The notes under the pieces are model-generated. The model did no database searches. It was not told where the DNA came from and saw only the letters and a program-made list of their open reading frames with translations. DNA of 64,000 nt. It comes from Auanema rhodensis (Eukaryota > Animalia > Nematoda). Made by a program: the position numbers and the translations under genes. Positions within the stretch are counted from its first letter, which is position 1, and each line of letters begins with the position of its first letter. Location of the stretch: NCBI GenBank assembly GCA_964057225.1, contig OZ059900.1, positions 22,072,001 to 22,136,000 of the forward strand, in the 5' to 3' direction. Below are positions 38,754-51,748 of this stretch, in pieces.

Positions 38754-41700
38754 TTCATTTTAGTATGTAACACGCTGAAATTCGTTGCATTTGACGACTC
38801 ATATGAACAAAAATCGATTTAATCAATATTAGCCATAAGGGGCGTGCCCTCAGAATATGCTAATTTCCTTAATTTTCTAACCCCTGTTTTTTTGTCGTGA
38901 AAGTGGAACTAGACGTTGTACGAACATTTTTGAGCTAGGTTTCATTGACATTGCATGAGTTTGAACACATGAAATCGTAAGTCAAAACCTTGTTTACAGC
39001 GAAATTTCCAAAAACTGGTTTTCCAGCATAATAAAATATTTCTCATGGGAAATACTGTGTTTTCGTATTTTTCTAGTGTTCAGCATGTAAAATGCTTCAT
39101 TTTAGTATGTAACACGCTGAAATTCGTTGCATTTGACGAATCATATGAACAAAAATCGATTTAATCAATATTAGCCATAAGGGGCGTGCCCTCAGAATAT
39201 GCTAATTTCCTTAATTTTCTAACCCCTGTTTTTTTGTCGTGAAAGTGGAACTAGACGTTGTACGAACAATTTTGAGCTACGTTTCATTGACATTGCATGA
39301 GTTTGAACACATGAAATCGTAAGTCAAAACCTTGTTTACAGCGAAATTTCCAAAAACTGGTTTTCCAGCATAATAAAATATTTCTCATGGGAAATACTGT
39401 GTTTTTGTATTTTTCTAGTGTTCAGCATGTAAAATGCTTCATATTAGTATGTAACACGCTGAAATTCGTTGCATTTGACGACTCATATGAACAAAAATCG
39501 ATTTAATCAATATTAGCCATAAGGGGCGTGCCCTCAGAATATGCTAATTTCCTTAATTTTCTAGCCCCTGTTTTTTTGTCGTGAAAGTGGAACTAGACGT
39601 TGTACGAACAATTTTGAGCTAAGTTTCATTGACATTGCATGAGTTTGAACACATGAAATCGTAAGTCAAAACCTTGTTTACAGCGAAATTTCCAAAAACT
39701 GGTTTTCCAGCATAATAAAATATTTCTCATGGGAAATACTGTGTTTTCGTATTTTCCTAGTGTTCAGCATGTAAAATGCTTCATTTTAGTATGTAACACG
39801 CTGAAATTCGTTGCATTCGACGACTCATATGAACAAAAATCGATTTAATCAATATTAGCCATAAGGGGCGTGCCCTCAGAATATGCTAATTTCCTTAATT
39901 TTCTAACCCCTGTTTTTTTGTCGTGAAAGTGGAACTAGACGTTGTACGAACAATTTTGAGCTAGGTTTCATTGACATTGCATGAGTTTGAACACATGAAA
40001 TCGTAAGTCAAAACCTTGTTTACAGCGAAATTTCCAAAAACTGGTTTTCCAGCATAATAAAATATTTCTCATGGGAAATACTGTGTTTTTGTATTTTTCT
40101 AGTGTTCAGCATGTAAAATGCTTCATTTTAGTATGTAACACGCTGAAATTCGTTGCATTTGACGACTCATATGAACAAAAATCGATTTAATCAATATTAG
40201 CCATAAGGGGTGTGCCCTCAGAATATGCTAATTTCCTTAATTTTCTAACCCCTGTTTTTTTGTCGTGAAAGTGGAACTAGACGTTGTACGAACAATTTTG
40301 AGCTAGGTTTCATTGACATTGCATGAGTTTGAACACATGAAATCGTAAGTCAAAACCTTGTTTACAGCGAAATTTCCAAAAACTGGTTTTCCAGCATAAT
40401 AAAATATTTCTCATGGGAAATACTGTGTTTTTGTATTTTTCTAGTGTTCAGCATGTAAAATGCTTCATATTAGTATGTAACACGCTGAAATTCGTTGCAT
40501 TTGACGACTCATATGAACAAAAATCGATTTAATCAATATTAGCCATAAGGGGCGTGCCCTCAGAATATGCTAATTTCCTTAATTTTCTAACCCCTGTTTT
40601 TTTGTCGTGAAAGTGGAACTAGACGTTGTACGAACAATTTTGAGCTAAGTTTCATTGACATTGCATGAGTTTGAACACATGAAATCGTAAGTCAAAACCT
40701 TGTTTACAGCGAAATTTCCAAAAACTGGTTTTCCAGCATAATAAAATATTTCTGATGGGAAATACTGTGTTTTTGTTTTTTTCTAGTGTTCAGCATGTAA
40801 AATGCTTCATTTTAGTATGTAACACGCTGAAATTCGTTGCATTTGACGACTCATATGAACAAAAATCGATTTAATCAATATTAGCCATAAGGGGCGTGCC
40901 CTCAGAATATGCTAATTTCCTTAATTTTCTAACCCTTGTTTTTTTGTCGTGAAAGTGGAACTAGACGTTGTACGAACAATTTTGAGCTAGGTTTCATTGA
41001 CATTGCATGAGTTTGAACACATGAAATCGTAAGTCAAAACCTTGTTTACAGCGAAATTTCCAAAAACTGGTTTTCCAGCATAATAAAATATTTCTCATGG
41101 GAAATACTGTGTTTTTGTATTTTTCTAGTGTTCAGCATGTAAAATGCTTCATTTTAGTATGTAACACGCTGAAATTCGTTGCATTTGACGACTCATATGA
41201 ACAAAAATCGATTTAATCAATATTAGCCATAAGGGGCGTGCCCTCTGAATATGCTAATTTCCTTAATTTTCTAACCCCTGTTTTTTTGTCGTGAAAGTGG
41301 AACTAGACGTTGTACGAACAATTTTGAGCTAGGTTTCATTGACATTGCATGAGTTTGAACACATGAAATCGTAAGTCAAAACCTTGTTTACAGCGAAATT
41401 TCCAAAAACTGGTTTTCCAGCATAATAAAATATTTCTCATGGGAAATACTGTGTTTTTGTATTTTTCTAGTGTTCAGCATGTAAAATGCTTCATTTTAGT
41501 ATGTAACACGCTGAAATTCGTTGCATTTGACGACTCATATGAACAAAAATCGATTTAATCAATATTAGCCATAAGGGGCGTGCCCTCAGAATATGCTAAT
41601 TTCCTTAATTTTCTAACCCCTGTTTTTTTGTCGTGAAAGTGGAACTAGACGTTGTACGAACAATTTTGAGCTAGGTTTCATTGACATTGCATGAGTTTGA

Positions 41701-44700
41701 ACACATGAAATCGTAAGTCAAAACCTTGTTTACAGCGAAATTTCCAAAAACTGGTTTTCCAGCATAATAAAATATTTCTCATGGGAAATACTGTGTTTTT
41801 GTATTTTTCTAGTGTTCAGCATGTAAAATGCTTCATTTTAGTATGTAACACGCTGAAATTCGTTGCATTTGACGACTCATATGAACAAAAATCGATTTAA
41901 TCAATATTAGCCATAAGGGGCGTGCCCTCAGAATATGCTAATTTCCTTAATTTTCTAACCCTTGTTTTTTTGTCGTGAAAGTGGAACTAGACGTTGTACG
42001 AACAATTTTGAGCTAGGTTTCATTGACATTGCATGAGTTTGAACACATGAAATCGTAAGTCAAAACCTTGTTTACAGCGAAATTTCCAAAAACTGGTTTT
42101 CCAGCATAATAAAATATTTCTCATGGGAAATACTGTGTTTTTGTATTTTTCTAGTGTTCAGCATGTAAAATGCTTCATATTAGTATGTAACACGCTGAAA
42201 TTCGTTGCATTTGACGACTCATATGAACAAAAATCGATTTAATCAATATTAGCCATAAGGGGCGTGCCCTCAGAATATGCTAATTTCCTTAATTTTCTAA
42301 CCCCTGTTTTTTTGTCGTGAAAGTGGAACTAGACATTGTACGAACAATTTTGAGCTAAGTTTCATTGACATTGCATGAGTTTGAACACATGAAATCGTAA
42401 GTCAAAACCTTGTTTACAGCGAAATTTCCAAAAACTGGTTTTCCAGCATAATAAAATATTTCTCATGGGAAATACTGTGTTTTTGTTTTTTTCTAGTGTT
42501 CAGCATGTAAAATGCTTCATTTTAGTATGTAACACGCTGAAATTCGTTGCATTTGACGACTCATATGAACAAAAATCGATTTAATCAATATTAGCCATAA
42601 GGGGCGTGCCCTCAGAATATGCTAATTTCCTTAATTTTCTAACCCCTGTTTTTTTGTCGTGAAAGTGGAACTAGACGTTGTACGAACATTTTTGAGCTAG
42701 GTTTCATTGACATTGCATGAGTTTGAACACATGAAATCGTAAGTCAAAACCTTGTTTACAGCGAAATTTCCAAAAACTGGTTTTCCAGCATAATAAAATA
42801 TTTCTCATGGGAAATACTGTGTTTTCGTATTTTTCTAGTGTTCAGCATGTAAAATGCTTCATTTTAGTATGTAACACGCTGAAATTCGTTGCATTTGACG
42901 AATCATATGAACAAAAATCGATTTAATCAATATTAGCCATAAGGGGCGTGCCCTCAGAATATGCTAATTTCCTTAATTTTCTAACCCCTGTTTTTTTGTC
43001 GTGAAAGTGGAACTAGACGTTGTACGAACAATTTTGAGCTACGTTTCATTGACATTGCATGAGTTTGAACACATGAAATCGTAAGTCAAAACCTTGTTTA
43101 CAGCGAAATTTCCAAAAACTGGTTTTCCAGCATAATAAAATATTTCTCATGGGAAATACTGTGTTTTTGTATTTTTCTAGTGTTCAGCATGTAAAATGCT
43201 TCATATTAGTATGTAACACGCTGAAATTCGTTGCATTTGACGACTCATATGAACAAAAATCGATTTAATCAATATTAGCCATAAGGGGCGTGCCCTCAGA
43301 ATATGCTAATTTCCTTAATTTTCTAGCCCCTGTTTTTTGTCGTGAAAGTGGAACTAGACGTTGTACGAACAATTTTGAGCTAAGTTTCATTGACATTGCA
43401 TGAGTTTGAACACATGAAATCGTAAGTCAAAACCTTGTTTACAGCGAAATTTCCAAAAACTGGTTTTCCAGCATAATAAAATATTTCTCATGGGAAATAC
43501 TGTGTTTTCGTATTTTCCTAGTGTTCAGCATGTAAAATGCTTCATTTTAGTATGTAACACGCTGAAATTCGTTGCATTCGACGACTCATATGAACAAAAA
43601 TCGATTTAATCAATATTAGCCATAAGGGGCGTGCCCTCAGAATATGCTAATTTCCTTAATTTTCTAACCCCTGTTTTTTTGTCGTGAAAGTGGAACTAGA
43701 CGTTGTACGAACAATTTTGAGCTAGGTTTCATTGACATTGCATGAGTTTGAACACATGAAATCGTAAGTCAAAACCTTGTTTACAGCGAAATTTCCAAAA
43801 ACTGGTTTTCCAGCATAATAAAATATTTCTCATGGGAAATACTGTGTTTTTGTATTTTTCTAGTGTTCAGCATGTAAAATGCTTCATTTTAGTATGTAAC
43901 ACGCTGAAATTCGTTGCATTTGACGACTCATATGAACAAAAATCGATTTAATCAATATTAGCCATAAGGGGTGTGCCCTCAGAATATGCTAATTTCCTTA
44001 ATTTTCTAACCCCTGTTTTTTTGTCGTGAAAGTGGAACTAGACGTTGTACGAACAATTTTGAGCTAGGTTTCATTGACATTGCATGAGTTTGAACACATG
44101 AAATCGTAAGTCAAAACCTTGTTTACAGCGAAATTTCCAAAAACTGGTTTTCCAGCATAATAAAATATTTCTCATGGGAAATACTGTGTTTTTGTATTTT
44201 TCTAGTGTTCAGCATGTAAAATGCTTCATATTAGTATGTAACACGCTGAAATTCGTTGCATTTGACGACTCATATGAACAAAAATCGATTTAATCAATAT
44301 TAGCCATAAGGGGCGTGCCCTCAGAATATGCTAATTTCCTTAATTTTCTAACCCCTGTTTTTTTGTCGTGAAAGTGGAACTAGACGTTGTACGAACAATT
44401 TTGAGCTAAGTTTCATTGACATTGCATGAGTTTGAACACATGAAATCGTAAGTCAAAACCTTGTTTACAGCGAAATTTCCAAAAACTGGTTTTCCAGCAT
44501 AATAAAATATTTCTCATGGGAAATACTGTGTTTTTGTTTTTTTCTAGTGTTCAGCATGTAAAATGCTTCATTTTAGTATGTAACACGCTGAAATTCGTTG
44601 CATTTGACGACTCATATGAACAAAAATCGATTTAATCAATATTAGCCATAAGGGGCGTGCCCTCAGAATATGCTAATTTCCTTAATTTTCTAACCCTTGT

Positions 44701-46276
44701 TTTTTTGTCGTGAAAGTGGAACTAGACGTTGTACGAACAATTTTGAGCTAGGTTTCATTGACATTGCATGAGTTTGAACACATGAAATCGTAAGTCAAAA
44801 CCTTGTTTACAGCGAAATTTCCAAAAACTGGTTTTCCAGCATAATAAAATATTTCTCATGGGAAATACTGTGTTTTTGTATTTTTCTAGTGTTCAGCATG
44901 TAAAATGCTTCATTTTAGTATGTAACACGCTGAAATTCGTTGCATTTGACGACTCATATGAACAAAAATCGATTTAATCAATATTAGCCATAAGGGGCGT
45001 GCCCTCTGAATATGCTAATTTCCTTAATTTTCTAACCCCTGTTTTTTTGTCGTGAAAGTGGAACTAGACGTTGTACGAACAATTTTGAGCTAGGTTTCAT
45101 TGACATTGCATGAGTTTGAACACATGAAATCGTAAGTCAAAACCTTGTTTACAGCGAAATTTCCAAAAACTGGTTTTCCAGCATAATAAAATATTTCTCA
45201 TGGGAAATACTGTGTTTTTGTATTTTTCTAGTGTTCAGCATGTAAAATGCTTCATTTTAGTATGTAACACGCTGAAATTCGTTGCATTTGACGACTCATA
45301 TGAACAAAAATCGATTTAATCAATATTAGCCATAAGGGGCGTGCCCTCAGAATATGCTAATTTCCTTAATTTTCTAACCCCTGTTTTTTTGTCGTGAAAG
45401 TGGAACTAGACGTTGTACGAACAATTTTGAGCTAGGTTTCATTGACATTGCATGAGTTTGAACACATGAAATCGTAAGTCAAAACCTTGTTTACAGCGAA
45501 ATTTCCAAAAACTGGTTTTCCAGCATAATAAAATATTTCTCATGGGAAATACTGTGTTTTTGTATTTTTCTAGTGTTCAGCATGTAAAATGCTTCATTTT
45601 AGTATGTAACACGCTGAAATTCGTTGCATTTGACGACTCATATGAACAAAAATCGATTTAATCAATATTAGCCATAAGGGGCGTGCCCTCAGAATATGCT
45701 AATTTCCTTAATTTTCTAACCCTTGTTTTTTTGTCGTGAAAGTGGAACTAGACGTTGTACGAACAATTTTGAGCTAGGTTTCATTGACATTGCATGAGTT
45801 TGAACACATGAAATCGTAAGTCAAAACCTTGTTTACAGCGAAATTTCCAAAAACTGGTTTTCCAGCATAATAAAATATTTCTCATGGGAAATACTGTGTT
45901 TTTGTATTTTTCTAGTGTTCAGCATGTAAAATGCTTCATATTAGTATGTAACACGCTGAAATTCGTTGCATTTGACGACTCATATGAACAAAAATCGATT
46001 TAATCAATATTAGCCATAAGGGGCGTGCCCTCAGAATATGCTAATTTCCTTAATTTTCTAACCCCTGTTTTTTTGTCGTGAAAGTGGAACTAGACGTTGT
46101 ACGAACAATTTTGAGCTAAGTTTCATTGACATTGCATGAGTTTGAACACATGAAATCGTAAGTCAAAACCTTGTTTACAGCGAAATTTCCAAAAACTGGT
46201 TTTCCAGCATAATAAAATATTTCTCATGGGAAATACTGTGTTTTTGTATTTTTCTAGTGTTCAGCATGTAAAATGC
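38754..46276 (+). repeat. Tandem duplication of an 11-monomer (~3762-bp) unit
   Basis: A174T+T311C (38754/42516), C45A+G185C (39096/42858), 'ctagccc'+'attttccta' (39438/43200) and 'ccctctgaat' (41148/44909) recur in order. Confidence 0.88.
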
Positions 46277-49200
46277 TTCATTTCAGTATGTAACACGCTG
46301 AAATTCGTTGCATTTGACGACTCATATGAACAAAAATCGATTTAATCAATATTAGCCATAAGGGGCGTGCCCTCAGAATATGCTAATTTCCTTAATTTTC
46401 TAACCCTTGTTTTTTTGTCGTGAAAGTGGAACTAGACGTTGTACGAACAATTTTGAGCTAAGTTTCATTGACATTGCATGAGTTTGAACACATGAAATCG
46501 TAAGTCAAAACCTTGTTTACAGCGAAATTTCCAAAAACTGGTTTTCCAGCATAATAAAATATTTCTCATGGGAAATACTGTGTTTTTGTTTTTTTTTAGT
46601 GTTCAGCATGTAAAATGCTTCATTTTAGTATGTAACACGCTGAAATTCGTTGCATTTGACGACTCATATGAACAAAAATCGATTTAATCAATATTAGCCA
46701 TAAGGGGCGTGCCCTCAGAATATGCTAATTTCCTTAATTTTCTAACCCCTGTTTTTTTGTCGTGAAAGTGGAACTAGACGTTGTACGAACAATTTTGAGC
46801 TACGTTTCATTGACATTGCATGAGTTTGAACACATGAAATCGTAAGTCAAAACCTTGTTTACAGCGAAATTTCCAAAAACTGGTTTTCCAGCATAATAAA
46901 ATATTTCTCATGGGAAATACTGTGTTTTTGTTTTTTTCTAGTGTTCAGCATGTAAAATGCTTCATTTTAGTATGTAACACGCTGAAATTCGTTGCATTTG
47001 ACGACTCATATGAACAAAAATCGATTTAATCAATATTAGCCATAAAGGGTGTGCCCTCAGAATATGCTAATTTCCTTAATTTTCTAACCCCTGTTTTTTT
47101 GTCGTGAAAGTGGAACTAGACGTTGTACGAACAATTTTGAGCTAGGTTTCATTGACATTGCATGAGTTTGAACACATGAAATCGTAAGTCAAAACCTTGT
47201 TTACAGCGAAATTTCCAAAAACTGGTTTTCCAGCATAATAAAATATTTCTCATGGGAAATACTGTGTTTTTGTATTTTTCTAGTGTTCAGCATGTAAAAT
47301 GCTTCATTTCAGTATGTAACACGCTGAAATTCGTTGCATTTGACGACTCATATGAACAAAAATCGATTTAATCAATATTAGCCATAAGGGGCGTGCCCTC
47401 AGAATATGCTAATTTCCTTAATTTTCTAACCCCTGTTTTTTTGTCGTGAAAGTGGAACTAGACGTTGTACGAACAATTTTGAGCTAGGTTTCATTGACAT
47501 TGCATGAGTTTGAACACATGAAATCGTAAGTCAAAACCTTGTTTACAGCGAAATTTCCAAAAACTGGTTTTCCAGCATAATAAAATATTTCTCATGGGAA
47601 ATACTGTGTTTTTGTATTTTTCTAGTGTTCAGCATGTAAAATGCTTCATTTTAGTATGTAACACGCTGAAATTCGTTGCATTTGACGACTCATATGAACA
47701 AAAATCGATTTAATCAATATTAGCCATAAGGGGCGTGCCCTCAGAATATGCTAATTTCCTTAATTTTCTAACCCCTGTTTTTTTGTCGTGAAAGTGGAAC
47801 TAGACGTTGTACGAACAATTTTGAGCTAGGTTTCATTGACATTGCATGAGTTTGAACACATGAAATCGTAAGTCAAAACCTTGTTTACAGCGAAATTTCC
47901 AAAAACTGGTTTTCCAGCATAATAAAATATTTTTCATGAGAAATACTGTGTTTTTGTATTTTTCTAGTGTTCAGCATGTAAAATGCTTCATTTTAGTATG
48001 TAACACGCTGAAATTCGTTGCATTTGACGACTCATATGAACAAAAATCGATTTAATCAATATTAGCCATAAGGGGCGTGCCCTCAGAATATGCTAATTTC
48101 CTTAATTTTCTAACCCCTGTTTTTTTGTCGTGAAAGTGGAACTAGACGTTGTACAAACAATTTTGAGCTAGGTTTCATTGACATTGCATGAATTTGAACA
48201 CATGAAATCGTAAGTCAAAACCTTGTTTACAGCGAAATTTCCAAAAACTGGTTTTCCAGCATAATAAAATATTTCTCATGGGAAATACTGTGTTTTTGTA
48301 TTTTTCTAGTGTTCAGCATGTAAAATGCTTCATTTTGGTATGTAACACGCTGAAATTCGTTGCATTTGACGACTCATATGAACAAAAATCGATTTAATCA
48401 ATATTAGCCATAAGGGGCGTGCCCTCAGAATATGCTAATTTCCTTAATTTTCTAACCCCTGTTTTTTTGTCGTGAAAGTGGAACTAGACGTTGTACGAAC
48501 AATTTTGAGCTAGGTTTCATTGACATTGCATGAGTTTGAACACATGAAATCGTAAGTCAAAACCTTGTTTACAGCGAAATTTCCAAAAACTGGTTTTCCA
48601 GCATAATAAAATATTTCTCATGGGAAATACTGTGTTTTTGTATTTTTCTAGTGTTCAGCATGTAAAATGCTTCATTTTAGTATGTAACACGCTGAAATTC
48701 GTTGCATTTGACGACTCATATGAACAAAAATCGATTTAATCAATATTAGCCATAAGGGGCGTGCCCTCAGAATATGCTAATTTCCTTAATTTTCTAACCC
48801 CTGTTTTTTTGTCGTGAAAGTGGAACTAGGCGTTGTACGAACAATTTTGAGCTAGGTTTCATTGACATTGCATGAGTTTGAACACATGAAATCGTAAGTG
48901 AAAACCTTGTTTACAGCGAAATTTCCAAAAACTGGTTTTCCAGCATAATAAAATATTTCTCATGGGAAATACTGTGTTTTTGTATTTTTCTAGTGTTCAG
49001 CATGTAAAATGCTTCATATTAGTATGTAACACGCTGAAATTCGTTGCATTTGACGACTCATATGAACAAAAATCGATTTAATCAATATTAGCCATAAGGG
49101 GCGTGCCCTCAGAATATGCTAATTTCCTTAATTTTCTAACCCCTGTTTTTTTGTCGTGAAAGTGGAACTAGACGTTGTACGAACAATTTTGAGCTAAGTT

Positions 49201-51748
49201 TCATTGACATTGCATGAGTTTGAACACATGAAATCGTAAGTCAAAACCTTGTTTACAGCGAAATTTCCAAAAACTGGTTTTCCAGCATAATAAAATATTT
49301 CTCATGGGAAATACTGTGTTTTTGTTTTTTTCTAGTGTTCAGCATGTAAAATGCTTCATTTTAGTATGTAACACGCTGAAATTCGTTGCATTTGACGACT
49401 CATATGAACAAAAATCGATTTAATCAATATTAGCCATAAGGGGTGTGCCCTCAGAATATGCTAATTTCCTCAATTTTCTAACCCCTGTTTTTTTGTCGTG
49501 AAAGTGGAACTAGACGTTGTACGAACAATTTTGAGCTAGGTTTCATTGACATTGCATGAGTTTGAACACATGAAATCGTAAGTCAAAACCTTGTTTACAG
49601 CGAAATTTCCAAAAACTGGTTTTCCAGCATAATAAAATATTTCTCATGGGAAATACTGTGTTTTTGTATTTTTCTAGTGTTCAGCATGTAAAATGCTTCA
49701 TTTCAGTATGTAACACGCTGAAATTCGTTGCATTTGACGACTCATATGAACAAAAATCGATTTAATCAATATTAGCCATAAGGGGCGTGCCCTCAGAATA
49801 TGCTAATTTCCTTAATTTTCTAACCCTTGTTTTTTTGTCGTGAAAGTGGAACTAGACGTTGTACGAACAATTTTGAGCTAAGTTTCATTGACATTGCATG
49901 AGTTTGAACACATGAAATCGTAAGTCAAAACCTTGTTTACAGCGAAATTTCCAAAAACTGGTTTTCCAGCATAATAAAATATTTCTCATGGGAAATACTG
50001 TGTTTTTGTTTTTTTCTAGTGTTCAGCATGTAAAATGCTTCATTTTGGTATGTAACACGCTGAAATTCGTTGCATTTGACGACTCATATGAACAAAAATC
50101 GATTTAATCAATATTAGCCATAAGGGGCGTGCCCTCAGAATATGCTAATTTCCTTAATTTTCTAACCCCTGTTTTTTTGTCGTGAAAGTGGAACTAGGCG
50201 TTGTACGAACAATTTTGAGCTAGGTTTCATTGACATTGCATGAGTTTGAACACATGAAATCGTAAGTGAAAACCTTGTTTACAGCGAAATTTCCAAAAAC
50301 TGGTTTTCCAGCATAATAAAATATTTCTCATGGGAAATACTGTGTTTTTGTATTTTTCTAGTGTTCAGCATGTAAAATGCTTCATTTTAGTATGTAACAC
50401 GCTGAAATTCGTTGCATTTGACGACTCATATGAACAAAAATCGATTTAATCAATATTAGCCATAAGGGGCGTGCCCTCAGAATATGCTAATTTCCTTAAT
50501 TTTCTAACCCTTGTTTTTTTGTCGTGAAAGTGGAACTAGACGTTGTACGAACAATTTTGAGCTAGGTTTCATTGACATTGCATGAGTTTGAACACATGAA
50601 ATCGTAAGTCAAAACCTTGTTTACAGCGAAATTTCCAAAAACTGGTTTTCCAGCATAATAAAATATTTCTCATGGGAAATACTGTGTTTTTGTTTTTTTC
50701 TAGTGTTCAGCATGTAAAATGCTTCATTTTAGTATGTAACACGCTGAAATTCGTTGCATTTGACGACTCATATGAACAAAAATCGATTTAATCAATATTA
50801 GCCATAAGGGGTGTGCCCTCAGAATATGCTAATTTCCTTAATTTTCTAACCCTTGTTTTTTTGTCGTGAAAGTGGAACTAGACGTTGTACGAACAATTTT
50901 GAGCTAAGTTTCATTGACATTGCATGAGTTTGAACACATGAAATCGTAAGTCAAAACCTTGTTTACAGCGAAATTTCCAAAAACTGGTTTTCCAGCATAA
51001 TAAAATATTTCTCATGGGAAATACTGTGTTTTTGTTTTTTTCTAGTGTTCAGCATGTAAAATGCTTAATTTTAGTATGTAACACGCTGAAATTCGTTGCA
51101 TTTGACGACTCATATGAACAAAAATCGATTTAATCAATATTAGCCATAAGGGGCGTGCCCTCAGAATATGCTAATTTCCTTAATTTTCTAACCCCTGTTT
51201 TTTTGTCGTTAAAGTGGAACTAGACGTTGTACGAACAATTTTGAGCTAGGTTTCATTGACATTGCATGAGTTTGAACACATGAAATCGTAAGTCAAAACC
51301 TTGTTTACAGCGAAATTTCCAAAAACTGGTTTTCCAGCATAATAAAATATTTTTCATGAGAAATACTGTGTTTTTGTATTTTTCTAGTGTTCAGCATGTA
51401 AAATGCTTCATTTTAGTATGTAACACGCTGAAATTCGTTGCATTTGACGACTCATATGAACAAAAATCGATTTAATCAATATTAGCCATAAGGGGCGTGC
51501 CCTCAGAATATGCTAATTTCCTTAATTTTCTAACCCCTGTTTTTTTGTCGTGAAAGTGGAACTAGACGTTGTACAAACAATTTTGAGCTAGGTTTCATTG
51601 ACATTGCATGAGTTTGAACACATGAAATCGTAAGTCAAAACCTTGTTTACAGCGAAATTTCCAAAAACTGGTTTTCCAGCATAATAAAATATTTCTCATG
51701 GGAAATACTGTGTTTTTGTTTTTTTCTAGTGTTCAGCATGTAAAATGC

